Shown here piece after piece: positions 38,201 to 47,462 of a stretch of 64,000 nucleotides of DNA. Within the stretch, counting starts at the first letter, position 1; the number at the start of each line of letters is the position of its first letter. A program made the translations under genes and the position numbers. Under the pieces are notes generated by a model that was given only the letters and a program-made list of their open reading frames with translations, was not told where the DNA came from and did no database searches. This DNA is from Candidatus Kuenenia stuttgartensis (lineage in GTDB: Bacteria > Planctomycetota > Planctomycetia > Pirellulales > UBA1268): the NCBI GenBank assembly GCA_945877135.1, contig CAMCQY010000003.1, forward strand, positions 6,506-70,505, given 5' to 3'.

Positions 38201-41185
38201 CATGTCGGTGTATTGGGACCCCTGCCCGGGGAAGATCGCGGCTACGAGCGGCTTGCGGCTGGCGTGTGCCCCTGATCCCGCTGGCTGCGGCGCACGGATG
38301 GCCTCGACCGCCGATGCCGACCGTGCGGTCTGAGGCGGAGCCGCCTGGGGCACCGGCAGGCCGTTATCGAGCACCAGATGTCCCGCCTGACGCCCATGGA
38401 TCACCGTCACGCAACCCGCCCGGTAGCCGGCCGCATCCACGGCGCCGAGTGGACAGGCTGAGGCCGACGCTGCGAGCCACTGCACGTTCGACCGAACATC
38501 GTTCACAGCAACCGACCCTGGCATGATCCCGGTGGCCAAGGCATGCGTGAGCTTCAGGATTGCAGCCGCACCGGCCGCAGCGCCCGCATGGCCGATTTGG
38601 CCATCAAGCGAGCCCGCCACGGTCGACCGCGATACCGACTGCTTCGCTGCGGCAGGCTGCTTCACGTAGTGTCCGCCGAGAATCGTAAGCTCTTCACCGC
38701 TGTTCTTGTGCCCCGCGGCAACCGCCACTTCGAACGCCTTCACGGCGGCAGGATCGATCGCCGCCTTCTCGCAGGCGTCGCGGACGACCCGTCTGGTCGC
38801 CTCCGGGCCAGTCCGGCCCGAGCCCACAGCCACACCGCGGATCACGCCGCGAATCCTGTTTCCTGCCGCGCGGGCGTCGGCGAGTCGCTTGAGGACAATG
38901 ACCACGGCGCCTTCGCCCGGCACGTCGCCTCCCTGTGGCTGGCCATTCAACACGGAAGTCGGCCGGTTCGCCAGAAAGCCGCCGAGCGAACGGCCCTCAT
39001 AGGCCATCAGGTCCATGCAGCGTTCCCCCGCCGCGCAGAGCACGGCATCGCAGGCCCGCTCGCGGAGCATGTCGATGGCCGCCGAGATCGCCGAGAGGCT
39101 TGAACAGTCGCCCGAATCGAGCGAGAGCGCCCCGCCCATGAGGTCAAACGTCTTCGTCAGCCGGCTTGCGAGCGTGCTGCTGGTGAAACTGCCCGTCTCA
39201 TCGACCAGCGCCGGCAACCGTTCGAGAAGCTTCTTTTCATACGACGCGACAATGCGATCGATGTCGGTCGGTGCTACGCCGCGGCGAGCCAGCGACGCCC
39301 GTAGATAAACACCCGTTTCAGGAAGCCGGAGCCCCTGCTGCAGTTGGTTGGCGAAGTCGCCGCCAAAGAGCGTGCCCACGACGACGCCCGTGCGGGTGCG
39401 GTCGAGGCCGGCCTGAGCGCCACCCGCGTCGGCAATCGCCGCGTCGGCTGCCTCCAGCAGCATGAACTGCAGCGGATTCGCCGCGGCGATCTGCTTGGGT
39501 GGCACCTTGTGCCGACGCCAGTCGTAGTTGAAGTCGCGGACGAATCCGCCGATATTCGACATCGTGTGCCAGGGCTGCGGACGCGATGGATCCAACACCC
39601 GCTCGGCATTCCAGCGGTCTGCGGGCACCGGCCCGATGGCGGTCTCGCCGCGGCCGAGCAGATCGAAGAACGAGTCGAGCGTAAGCGCACCGGGCAGCAC
39701 ACAGCCTGAACCGATGATGGCGATCGCGTCGGCGTCGTCATCGATGGGGAGCGTCACCGACGACCGCGTCTCGAGCCGCTTCGCTGAGGCATATTCGGCG
39801 AGAGAGACGTGCACATTGAGACCGCCGATGCCAAATGCGTTCACGGCCGCGCACCGCGGCGAGCCATCGGCATGGGCAGGCCACGGAAGCGGTGCCTTCG
39901 GCACTGAGAAGGGGCCATTTTTCCAGTCGAATTCGCTGTTCAATTCATCGCAAGTCGAGCCGGGCGGAATCTGGCCGTGCTCCATCGCAAGCACCACCTT
40001 CACAAGGCTGGCGATGCCTGCCGTCTCCAGCGTGTGGCCGATGTTGGCTTTCACGCTACCGATCGGGATCTGCCTGCCGGCAGGCAGGTGCTTCGCCATC
40101 AGCCCCGACAGCGCGCCAAGCTCGGTGGCATCCCCCACCTGCGTACTCGTGGCGTGGGCCTCGATGTATTCAATCCGACCGATGTCGGCCGCATCTGGAT
40201 AGGCTCGCTCGATCGCCAGAACCTGCCCCTCCTGCCGGGGCGCCCAGAGGCTCTTTCCCTTGCCATCGCTGGCCACCCCGAGTCCTCGAATCACCGCGCG
40301 AATGCGATCGCCATCGGCGATCGCCCGGGAGAGCGTCTTGATGACGAGCGCCACGTAGCCCTCGGCTGTGATCAGGCCGTCGGCGGCCTCGCCAAATGGG
40401 CAGGAACCGGCGTTGCTCACCGACTGGGCCGCCGAGAAGAGCACAAGGCTGTCCGACTTGCAGTAGGAGGCTCCCCCGACGATCGCCTGATCGATGCCCC
40501 CCTGGAGGAGCGCCCGGGCGCCGATCGCCATGGCCTGCAGCGACGAGGCGCAGGCGGCATCCACCACAAGATAGGGACCGTCGAGTTTGAGCGCCTCCTG
40601 CACGATCTTCGCAGCGCCGATCGCCCCGAGGTCGAGCGTGTCGCCCGGCTTCCGCCCGGGATACCGCTTTCTGACGGCCGCAGTCACCTCGGCACTGACA
40701 GCGTCCACTTCCTCACCAAGAATCGCCCGGGCCGCGTCCACCTCGGAAAGCAGTGCCGCCGTCTCGTCGATGCCGGTCGCATAGACGATGTCGCCGATCT
40801 TGGTGCTGCCGCCGGTGTGGCCGACGTAGACACCGGTCCTGCGATCGTCAGGCATCGCGAAGGGATCCATGCCGGCATCGCGGCATGCCAGCGACGCCAC
40901 TTCGAGAAAGATATGGTGGGCGACGTCGTAGTCCCGGAACATCTCAGGAGTGATCGGGCAGACCGCCGGATCCACTGGCCGGTCGGAAACGACGGCACCC
41001 ATCTCGGAATAGCTCTTGCCGACCCGACTCTTCTCCGGGTGGAAATAGAGGTCACGGGAAAAACGTGACTCAGGCAGGGGGCCCCAGGCCGTCCGGCCCT
41101 CCGCCACCAGCCGCCAAAATGCATCGAGACCATCAGCGCCCGGGAGTCGGCATGCCATGCCGACAATTGCCAGCGAGTCCTTCAA
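32258..41185 (-). CDS. PfaA-like type I polyketide / secondary-lipid synthase: KS, KS-like, AT, ACP x3, Ntn(C45)-like segment, KR, DH
   Basis: Residue numbers are computed from the nucleotide positions. KS1: DAACASS (Cys212, 40550-40552), EAHATST, NIGHT. KS2: DSGDCSSL (Cys694, 39104-39106), QIGHAGAAAG. AT: FPGQGSQ, SHSFGE (Ser1072, 37970-37972). ACPs: LGIDSIRK x3 (Ser1542, 1663, 1794). KR: VVTGGARGVT (about residue 2383). DH: HLQYGRPLLP (His2720, the HxxxGxxxxP motif). Confidence 0.97.
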   Translation of the reverse strand: MKDSLAIVGMACRLPGADGLDAFWRLVAEGRTAWGPLPESRFSRDLYFHPEKSRVGKSYSEMGAVVSDRPVDPAVCPITPEMFRDYDVAHHIFLEVASLACRDAGMDPFAMPDDRRTGVYVGHTGGSTKIGDIVYATGIDETAALLSEVDAARAILGEEVDAVSAEVTAAVRKRYPGRKPGDTLDLGAIGAAKIVQEALKLDGPYLVVDAACASSLQAMAIGARALLQGGIDQAIVGGASYCKSDSLVLFSAAQSVSNAGSCPFGEAADGLITAEGYVALVIKTLSRAIADGDRIRAVIRGLGVASDGKGKSLWAPRQEGQVLAIERAYPDAADIGRIEYIEAHATSTQVGDATELGALSGLMAKHLPAGRQIPIGSVKANIGHTLETAGIASLVKVVLAMEHGQIPPGSTCDELNSEFDWKNGPFSVPKAPLPWPAHADGSPRCAAVNAFGIGGLNVHVSLAEYASAKRLETRSSVTLPIDDDADAIAIIGSGCVLPGALTLDSFFDLLGRGETAIGPVPADRWNAERVLDPSRPQPWHTMSNIGGFVRDFNYDWRRHKVPPKQIAAANPLQFMLLEAADAAIADAGGAQAGLDRTRTGVVVGTLFGGDFANQLQQGLRLPETGVYLRASLARRGVAPTDIDRIVASYEKKLLERLPALVDETGSFTSSTLASRLTKTFDLMGGALSLDSGDCSSLSAISAAIDMLRERACDAVLCAAGERCMDLMAYEGRSLGGFLANRPTSVLNGQPQGGDVPGEGAVVIVLKRLADARAAGNRIRGVIRGVAVGSGRTGPEATRRVVRDACEKAAIDPAAVKAFEVAVAAGHKNSGEELTILGGHYVKQPAAAKQSVSRSTVAGSLDGQIGHAGAAAGAAAILKLTHALATGIMPGSVAVNDVRSNVQWLAASASACPLGAVDAAGYRAGCVTVIHGRQAGHLVLDNGLPVPQAAPPQTARSASAVEAIRAPQPAGSGAHASRKPLVAAIFPGQGSQYTDMFRELVEESGEARSVLTRLDRLARTQGRETLSDIAWQPANGLGTRIWDTQWAMYLGDLLAWGVLQGMGFVPDIVASHSFGEFPALAAVGAWSIGDGARATIARADAVERHGPRNGAMLSVIADRATVMAAIEPFVGQVWICAENAPEQFVVGGTARIVDAVEVILDSRRVKSKRLAVPSPFHTPLLASAAERLSATIHSLSIAAPQITTFSSTTTSALGGPADIQESLIRQMTETVRWVGVVEKLYESGARTFVEVGPSGVLTGLTRRILEGREGVTFLQFDQRGRSPLEHLARLREQLAAAGALGSGESGQSVEVPSKPRQPERPVQPVQPGRIVSFDATARRRERNRSGGAAHRGTARPVELATHEEVGHNGNGQSNGHSSGHEHRKSPTLQPAAATTQLLELEAKPTHRLTAIAKEQTTAEADVGCLEDVVSELLAEAGVEPPLMRAGAASRGVQAFLDSATHLFEITAGDHAAILSAASRDAIADVLARSGGKARWLSRRSKEEGPAAAEVETFLIDFVVEQTGYPREIVEIDADLEADLGIDSIRKAQLFGEIGQKYGLTADDSVSLDEFPTLRHLLGYMLPRVGGKSAPPAAALAQPSAIQVNGHAQNGHAQSGAPAAPVADDSGLATELEAFLIEFVVEQTGYPREIVELHADLEADLGIDSIRKAQLFGEIGQKYGLTADDSVSLDEFPTLRHLLDYMLPRVGGKSVSPAATAAKSSAVPASGHGTNGHASNDHAPRTAAAAPKPVSPTAADDGLATELETFLTDFVVEQTGYPREIVELDADLEADLGIDSIRKAQLFGEIGQKYGLTADDSVSLDEFPTLRHLLGYMVPRVSAKSASGPAVLTGSHGTRSEDFERGLRNGREHAAAIRLWARQIAAEGASTRPVVIDPAIDKELAGIAEGAGIEVDIVRAAYTDPAAAVGGCDAVIVAPTDAGAIARGLLVCFGRNADPAAKRFETHELRGTLVSVKGLPGAIVGWNDSGLVATISRENVRNASVAGAVERVVTECRSMAEADAMIARMATRPYGLIVANVRGGGIEVSATGKIVALPQVFQQCDPRAALARVALADGTVVPEQALSSLLLDPAGTGASLSATCAWMAVGSAAGKPALRAGGPAGRDWLAAVATDPVGEAWLTVPRDASLAAGKSHGRVEQITRRYRLALRDAGSARSARSLSGERVLILGSGSLAGALAATLTARGAKPFVLECSSAEEAIAAVERAEAGGPVRHLVVATPRQQTAGDWLSRRSATVVAPFFACQRWLVLRGKANDIGSATLTTVAHLGGDFGLSGAIDSVVGGAMAGLFKGIAREFSSLHVRVVDAAAALAETALAAGIVAEMQDGVGPVEVGLVDGRRVTIAACETRPAASTALESLRHGSAWVVTGGARGVTAECARELGRRFGLKLALVGSTAPVAVEQAWLSLDEAGLRDLKGRMMLDAKARGSDPRTAWRMVEKSIEIGKSLAKFKTAGVDAKYFACNLSDAAAVRTLVHAIARDVGPVRGIVHGAGFEAACRFEKKTVDGLEATLGPKCAGLEHLVAAVDPATLEAIVGFGSTSGRLGGHGQADYSLANDMLAKMLGQLRQRRGLRATVFHWHAWDEVGMASRPESRFVLEQFGLKFMPLAEGVRRFMDEIEAGLPDAEVLVTEPAMCPDAVSSADVNRDAAPATTVSKSTAAAGAAGHVPRPRGDVGSLVGGVERQGASTWVSFRLDPTSDRFLIDHLQYGRPLLPAVMGAELLAQAVVAAGACGHVQEIRDFAVERPIGFPVDAPRDVRVEIGERDGDTIVAQGWAAVLNAEGRTAGEERVHLRCKVFAGLVEPVAATLDESPFPFNPMVYQEDAPLRHGPSFRTLDGLFLDRSGGWGRLVSQHGDGVTLPRGPMGWTVPVALLDGCVVACAVYSYILCGRRVEVPVAFERLRIVSPPRGGEKCVARLRFRSQDSRESIYDLVLYGDDGRAVLALDGLHLAVMAAERSRSS
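35665..36675 (-). repeat. Three tandem near-identical ACP-coding repeats inside the PKS gene
   Basis: Repeat periods are 363 and 393 nt (Ser codons at 36560, 36197 and 35804). Core peptide: GYPREIVE..ADLEADLGIDSIRKAQLFGEIGQKYGLTADDSVSLDEFPTLRHLL. By eye, copies 1 and 3 are more alike at the DNA level than either is to copy 2. Confidence 0.9.
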
Positions 41186-41518
41186 AGTCGTCGTCCTTGT
41201 CGTCTGCTAGGTGTGCCAGCGACTCCCCCACGAACAACGCGTGAAAACGCGTCGACGGCGCGGCCTGCACCGGGGGCGAGTCGCATATCAAGAAAAGGGA
41301 TGGGGTTATACGAGTCAGTTCGCCTTGGCGAAAAACGACCCATCCTTGGGAGATGCCGGGCGACGGGCGTGAGCCCAACCGCCGGCTGCCGACGCTCGCA
41401 GTATGCTCGCGCGAACGCGAGTGTCAACAATTTTGGCCGGACGGGGCCAAGAGTCTTTGGTGGCAATTGCTGGGTAGATTCGCGGTTCCGGGATGGCGAA
41501 GGTATCTTCGAAGCCGCC

Positions 41519-42919
41519 ATGGACGCCCCTTCCGGACACCCCCCTGCCGCCAAGCCGGCCAATTCCGCGGCCGGATGCCCATTGACGCCGTTCGAACAGC
41601 TGATGCTCATCGACGACCGGCCTGGTCACCCGATGTGCTTCTTCTTGGAATGTATGGTCGACGGTCCACTCCAGGAAAACCGCCTGCGGGAGGCGGTTGA
41701 GACGGCGTCCCGACGGCACCCGCTCCTCTGTAGCCGGGTAGCCTTCCACGGGTCCCGGCCAGTTTGGCTCGATGCCGACGTGCTGCCGACGGTGATCTGG
41801 AACCCCCCCGAACAAGGCGGCGACACATGGCGGCCTTTCGACCTGCGTCGCGAGAGCGGCATGAGGATCGTGGTGCTCGGCGACGGAGAAAACCGGCATC
41901 GGGTGGTCTTCCAGGTGCATCATGCGACCTGCGACGGCGTGGCTGGCTGCGAGTTTGCCGGAGACATCTGGGCGGTGTATGCCGGCATCGAGCCGAGAGC
42001 GTTTTCTCAGCCACCGGTTGCGCGGATCAAACCAACCGCACAAAACACTCCGGAGTCACCAGCGGCCAGCGATGGCCAGGGCGCGGCGACGGAGGCTCGG
42101 AAGTTTGTCAGCTTTTGGCCCACGCCCCTCGCTGGCATGACAACCAGCGGGCCTGGGCAGGGGGCAGGAGATGCGGGCGTCACGTGCGATCCACGGTCGC
42201 CCCCCTACATGTGGATCGAGTTCACCCCCGCTTCCACGGAGCGCCTGCGGACGGCTGCGTCAGCGGACGGCGTTTCGCTCAATGACTGCATTGTTGCCGC
42301 GGTGATGCGGGCGGTACTCGCGTGGAACGCCCGCGCCGGCCGCCCGGCGGCCAATGTGCGGGTCACCATGCCCGTCAACCTCCGTCAGCCCGGGCAGCGG
42401 GAGCCTGCGAACAACAACCTCGGGTATGCATTTCTCGATCGCACCGCGGCACAGTGCACCGATCCAAAGTCGTTGACGGCATCGATTGCATCTGCGACTC
42501 GCTGGATCCTCGACCACAACGCCGCGGCTTTTTTTCTCCGTGCCATCCACTCCCTCACCCGCTGGCCCTGGCTGCTCACACTCGCGACCCGGCTGCCGCT
42601 CTGTGTCTCGACCGTCGTCGTGAGCAATATCGGTGACCCCAGCCGACGGATGCGGTCCGGGGTTGGCAAGTTCGACGGCCGCGATGCACCGGGCGATCTT
42701 GTGATTCAAGGCTTTCTCGGCGTGCCGCCCCTGCGGCCACGAACGCGGGCGACAATTGGTGTCACCACGTATGCGGGCCGACTGTCGCTCTGTTGCCTCT
42801 GCTCCGCCCACCCAAGCCCGCACGAGGCCGCCCGGTTGTTTCTCGATCTCGTCCGGCAGGAACTCGAGGAGATCATGGCCGGCAGCACGGCAACTTCCCC
42901 CGCCCTGCCCACGCCGTGA
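41519..42919 (+). CDS. Condensation-domain / WS-DGAT-like acyltransferase (HHxxxDG)
   Basis: The ATG at 41519 (MDAPSGHPPAAKP) is chosen because upstream codons overlap the promoter region. Carries VFQVHHATCDGVAG (HHxxxDG catalytic motif) and NNLGYAF in the C-terminal half. Divergent from the PKS, with a 333-nt spacer. Confidence 0.7.
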   Translation: MDAPSGHPPAAKPANSAAGCPLTPFEQLMLIDDRPGHPMCFFLECMVDGPLQENRLREAVETASRRHPLLCSRVAFHGSRPVWLDADVLPTVIWNPPEQGGDTWRPFDLRRESGMRIVVLGDGENRHRVVFQVHHATCDGVAGCEFAGDIWAVYAGIEPRAFSQPPVARIKPTAQNTPESPAASDGQGAATEARKFVSFWPTPLAGMTTSGPGQGAGDAGVTCDPRSPPYMWIEFTPASTERLRTAASADGVSLNDCIVAAVMRAVLAWNARAGRPAANVRVTMPVNLRQPGQREPANNNLGYAFLDRTAAQCTDPKSLTASIASATRWILDHNAAAFFLRAIHSLTRWPWLLTLATRLPLCVSTVVVSNIGDPSRRMRSGVGKFDGRDAPGDLVIQGFLGVPPLRPRTRATIGVTTYAGRLSLCCLCSAHPSPHEAARLFLDLVRQELEEIMAGSTATSPALPTP

Positions 42920-43063
42920 CCGCCAGCGGCAGGCCCACCGGAGCAAAAAGAGCGGGCTGAATTGCGCGTTTGCCCGAATAATTGACTCGGCCCGAGCGGC
43001 CGCATAGCTTGCCTGCAAATCTTGCGCATTCATCCCAGATTCAACATCTGACAAGGATTTCTC

Positions 43064-44557
43064 ATGTCGAGCAGTTCGATGTTTTCTCGAGTCTTTTGCG
43101 GCCGCGGCAACCGTCGTCAGAAAGTTTCCAATGGCTCCCGGGCAACCACTCGGAATCGCCGCCTGCAGTCGATCGCCCCTCAGGCCGAGCAACTCGAACC
43201 CCGACTGGCATTGGCGAAGACCGTTGGACTGCTCGTCAACGAGACTGCCAGCGTCTCCGCGGGCTACACGCTCTTCGGCAACTCTTTCAGTCGCTCGACC
43301 CACCTGATTGACACCGCGGGCAAGGTCGTCCAGACATGGACCGGCAGCGGCGGGCAGACCTCCTCCTACCTCCTTCCCAACGGCAATCTGCTTCGCAACA
43401 CGAACACACCGGCGGGCCGTGTGTTTGGCAGCAATGGCGCAACAGGCCGCATCGAGGAACTGGCATGGGACAGTTCCGTCGTCTGGACATTCGACATGCA
43501 GACCGAGAAATATCAGCTGCACCACGACGCTATACCTATGCCCAACGGCAATGTTCTGGCGATCGCCTGGGAGCGACACACCTACGCCGAGGCGGTCGCC
43601 ATGGGCCGCAATCCGGCTCTCACCAATCCTGCCACGAACCGCGAGGTCTGGTCGGAGGCGATCTTCGAAATCAAACCCGATCGCACCGATGGCATTGGCG
43701 GCGACATCGTCTGGGAGTGGCACCTCAGTGACCACCTCATCCAAAACCTGTATCGCGGCAAGCCGGACTTTGGCGCCGTTCGCCTCCATCCGGAGCGGGT
43801 GAATCTCAACTACGTGCCGACCGGCATCGGGGCCGACACCCACATCGCCGCCTGGGCCCATTTCAATGCCATCGCCTACAACCCCAAGACCGACCAGATC
43901 ATGGTCTCGTCGCGCGAATTCAGCGAAGTCTGGATGATCGACCACAGCACCACGAGCGAGCAAGCCGCCGGCCAGACCGGTGGCCGGTACGGCAAGGGAG
44001 GCGATCTCCTCTGGCGGTACGGCAACACCGCGAGTTGGAACCTCGGCACGCGGGCGAACCAGCAGCTCTACTTCCAACACAACGTCCAGTGGATCGCCGA
44101 AGGACTGCCCGGCGCCGGCAATGTCCTGCTGTTCAACAACGGATGGAACCGGGCCTCGGGTGGCTCGTTCTCCTCCGTGATGGAACTCAAGCCGATCCGC
44201 TACGGCGTTGGCCAACTCGTCTGGAACTACGCGGCCAATCCCCCGTCGCGATTCTTCGCGGCCATCGTGTCGGGAGCGCAGCGGCTCCCGAACGGCAACA
44301 CGTTGATCGACGAGGGAACGACGGGCCGCATCTTCGAAGTGACTCGTACCCGCAGGATCGTCTGGCAGTACGTCAACCCCGACACGTTGACCGGACCGGT
44401 CAAGCAGGGCGTCACGCTGCCGACCGTGCAGATCACCGGGCTCGGCGGCACCCCTAACGTGCGCACGAACCTGACCTTCCGGGCTCTCCGCTACGCCCCG
44501 TCCTACGCTGGACTCACCGACAAGACGTTGACTCCGCAGGGCACGATCGAGAAGTAA
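43064..44557 (+). CDS. Aryl-sulfate sulfotransferase (ASST) family protein, secreted
   Basis: N-terminal QAEQLEPRLALA motif, LLPNGNLLRN, HHDAIPMPNGNVLAIAWE, FSEVWMIDHST, VLLFNNG, RLPNGNTLIDEG. These are beta-propeller ASST-type motifs. Confidence 0.8.
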   Translation: MSSSSMFSRVFCGRGNRRQKVSNGSRATTRNRRLQSIAPQAEQLEPRLALAKTVGLLVNETASVSAGYTLFGNSFSRSTHLIDTAGKVVQTWTGSGGQTSSYLLPNGNLLRNTNTPAGRVFGSNGATGRIEELAWDSSVVWTFDMQTEKYQLHHDAIPMPNGNVLAIAWERHTYAEAVAMGRNPALTNPATNREVWSEAIFEIKPDRTDGIGGDIVWEWHLSDHLIQNLYRGKPDFGAVRLHPERVNLNYVPTGIGADTHIAAWAHFNAIAYNPKTDQIMVSSREFSEVWMIDHSTTSEQAAGQTGGRYGKGGDLLWRYGNTASWNLGTRANQQLYFQHNVQWIAEGLPGAGNVLLFNNGWNRASGGSFSSVMELKPIRYGVGQLVWNYAANPPSRFFAAIVSGAQRLPNGNTLIDEGTTGRIFEVTRTRRIVWQYVNPDTLTGPVKQGVTLPTVQITGLGGTPNVRTNLTFRALRYAPSYAGLTDKTLTPQGTIEK

Positions 44558-44596
44558 CCGATCTTCCGCTCGCCGCCGGCTCCACCAGCTTCGTTC

Positions 44597-44920
44597 AGGA
44601 ACGGCGTGCTGCGGCGTGGGCAACGACGCATCCAGGGCGATGTTCTTGGGAAACAGGTCGAGCGTCGACTCCTTCGTCAGGAATTCCCACGAGACCTTCT
44701 GGCCGGTGCAGGCGGCCACCCGCCCGAGGATGGCCGCCATGGAACTGTCGGCGGTCTGCCTGAGCTCCACGATCGGCTTGCCGGCCCGGATCGAATCGAT
44801 CAGATCCCTGTGCTCCTGCTTGTAGGCGGCAGCGATCGACGAATGCACCATCAGCCAGCGGCAACGCAGGCGACAACGGTTCTGTCCGACAACGACTTCA
44901 TACCCCCGCTCCACCGACCA
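44597..44920 (-). pseudogene. C-terminal remnant of a Gfo/Idh/MocA-type oxidoreductase (no N-terminal Rossmann part, no proper stop)
   Basis: YKQEHRDLIDSIRAGKPIVELRQTADSSMAAILGRVAACTGQKVSWEFLTKESTLDLFPKNIAL..PTPQHAVP matches the conserved C-terminal tail of planctomycetal oxidoreductases as I recall it (NPY.QEH.DL..SIR.GKPLNE...MGR.A.YTG..V.W). The frame then runs on antisense through the ASST gene to 42260, and the roughly 300 N-terminal residues are absent. Confidence 0.5.
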
Positions 44921-45497
44921 CGACTCAGGCCGCCTGACGACGAGCAGGAACGACACGTGCATACACCTGCATTGCCGTGCCGATGGCGGCCACGGCATCG
45001 AACGCGCTGATCTCTCCCAGATCGAAGGCCTCGGTCGCGGCCTTGACTTCGGCCATCGTCATGATCGCACACGTCGCCAGCGACACAGTCTCGTTCGGTA
45101 CCACGGCACACTCCTTCATAAGAACCATCCCCGATCTCAATACCAAGCTCGCTGCCTGGCGTGGGGGACTGATACAGAACTGTCGTCGCTCGGGTATTTC
45201 ACGATGCGATCACCGGAGTGCCCGTCTCTTCCGTGTACGACATCCTCTCACCACCACTCCGACGCTCCGACAGCCTGATTTTCATCTGTCACGACACGAT
45301 CACGAAAGCTCATCTCAGCCGTGACGGCGACTCGTCACCACTTCACAGGCGACCAAGGGTGCCGAGTTGAAGCCGACGGGGGGCGACTTTTTTGACTCAA
45401 TCGGTCACGCTCTACGGATGCATCGTTCCGTTCAGGGTCGATCTTGAGGGGGCCGCCCGCTGGAACGAGTGTGCCTGCCCCCATTCCGGAGCACGCC

Positions 45498-47442
<1,945 letters not shown>

Positions 47443-47462
47443 ACAGAGGCAACGCTGCTCCC

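Noticed and set aside
32297-41068. Numerous 100-390-aa ORFs on both strands inside the PKS gene (for example 33540-34709, 35303-36349, 36971-38275, 39977-41068)
   Set aside because: All lie within a continuous 2975-aa frame that carries ordered KS/AT/ACP/KR/DH motifs. They are shadow frames.
42260-44596. Bulk of the 912-aa minus-strand ORF 42260-44998
   Set aside because: It is antisense to the well-supported ASST and condensation-domain genes and has no recognisable motifs. Open frames like this are expected in high-GC DNA. Only the first roughly 130 codons (44597-44920) look like real gene debris.
44925-45146. Small minus-strand ORF (73 aa, MKECAVVPNETVSL...)
   Set aside because: The composition is plausible, but I see no motif, no clear ribosome-binding site and no way to check conservation. 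It may be more debris from the rearranged patch. There is not enough support to call it.
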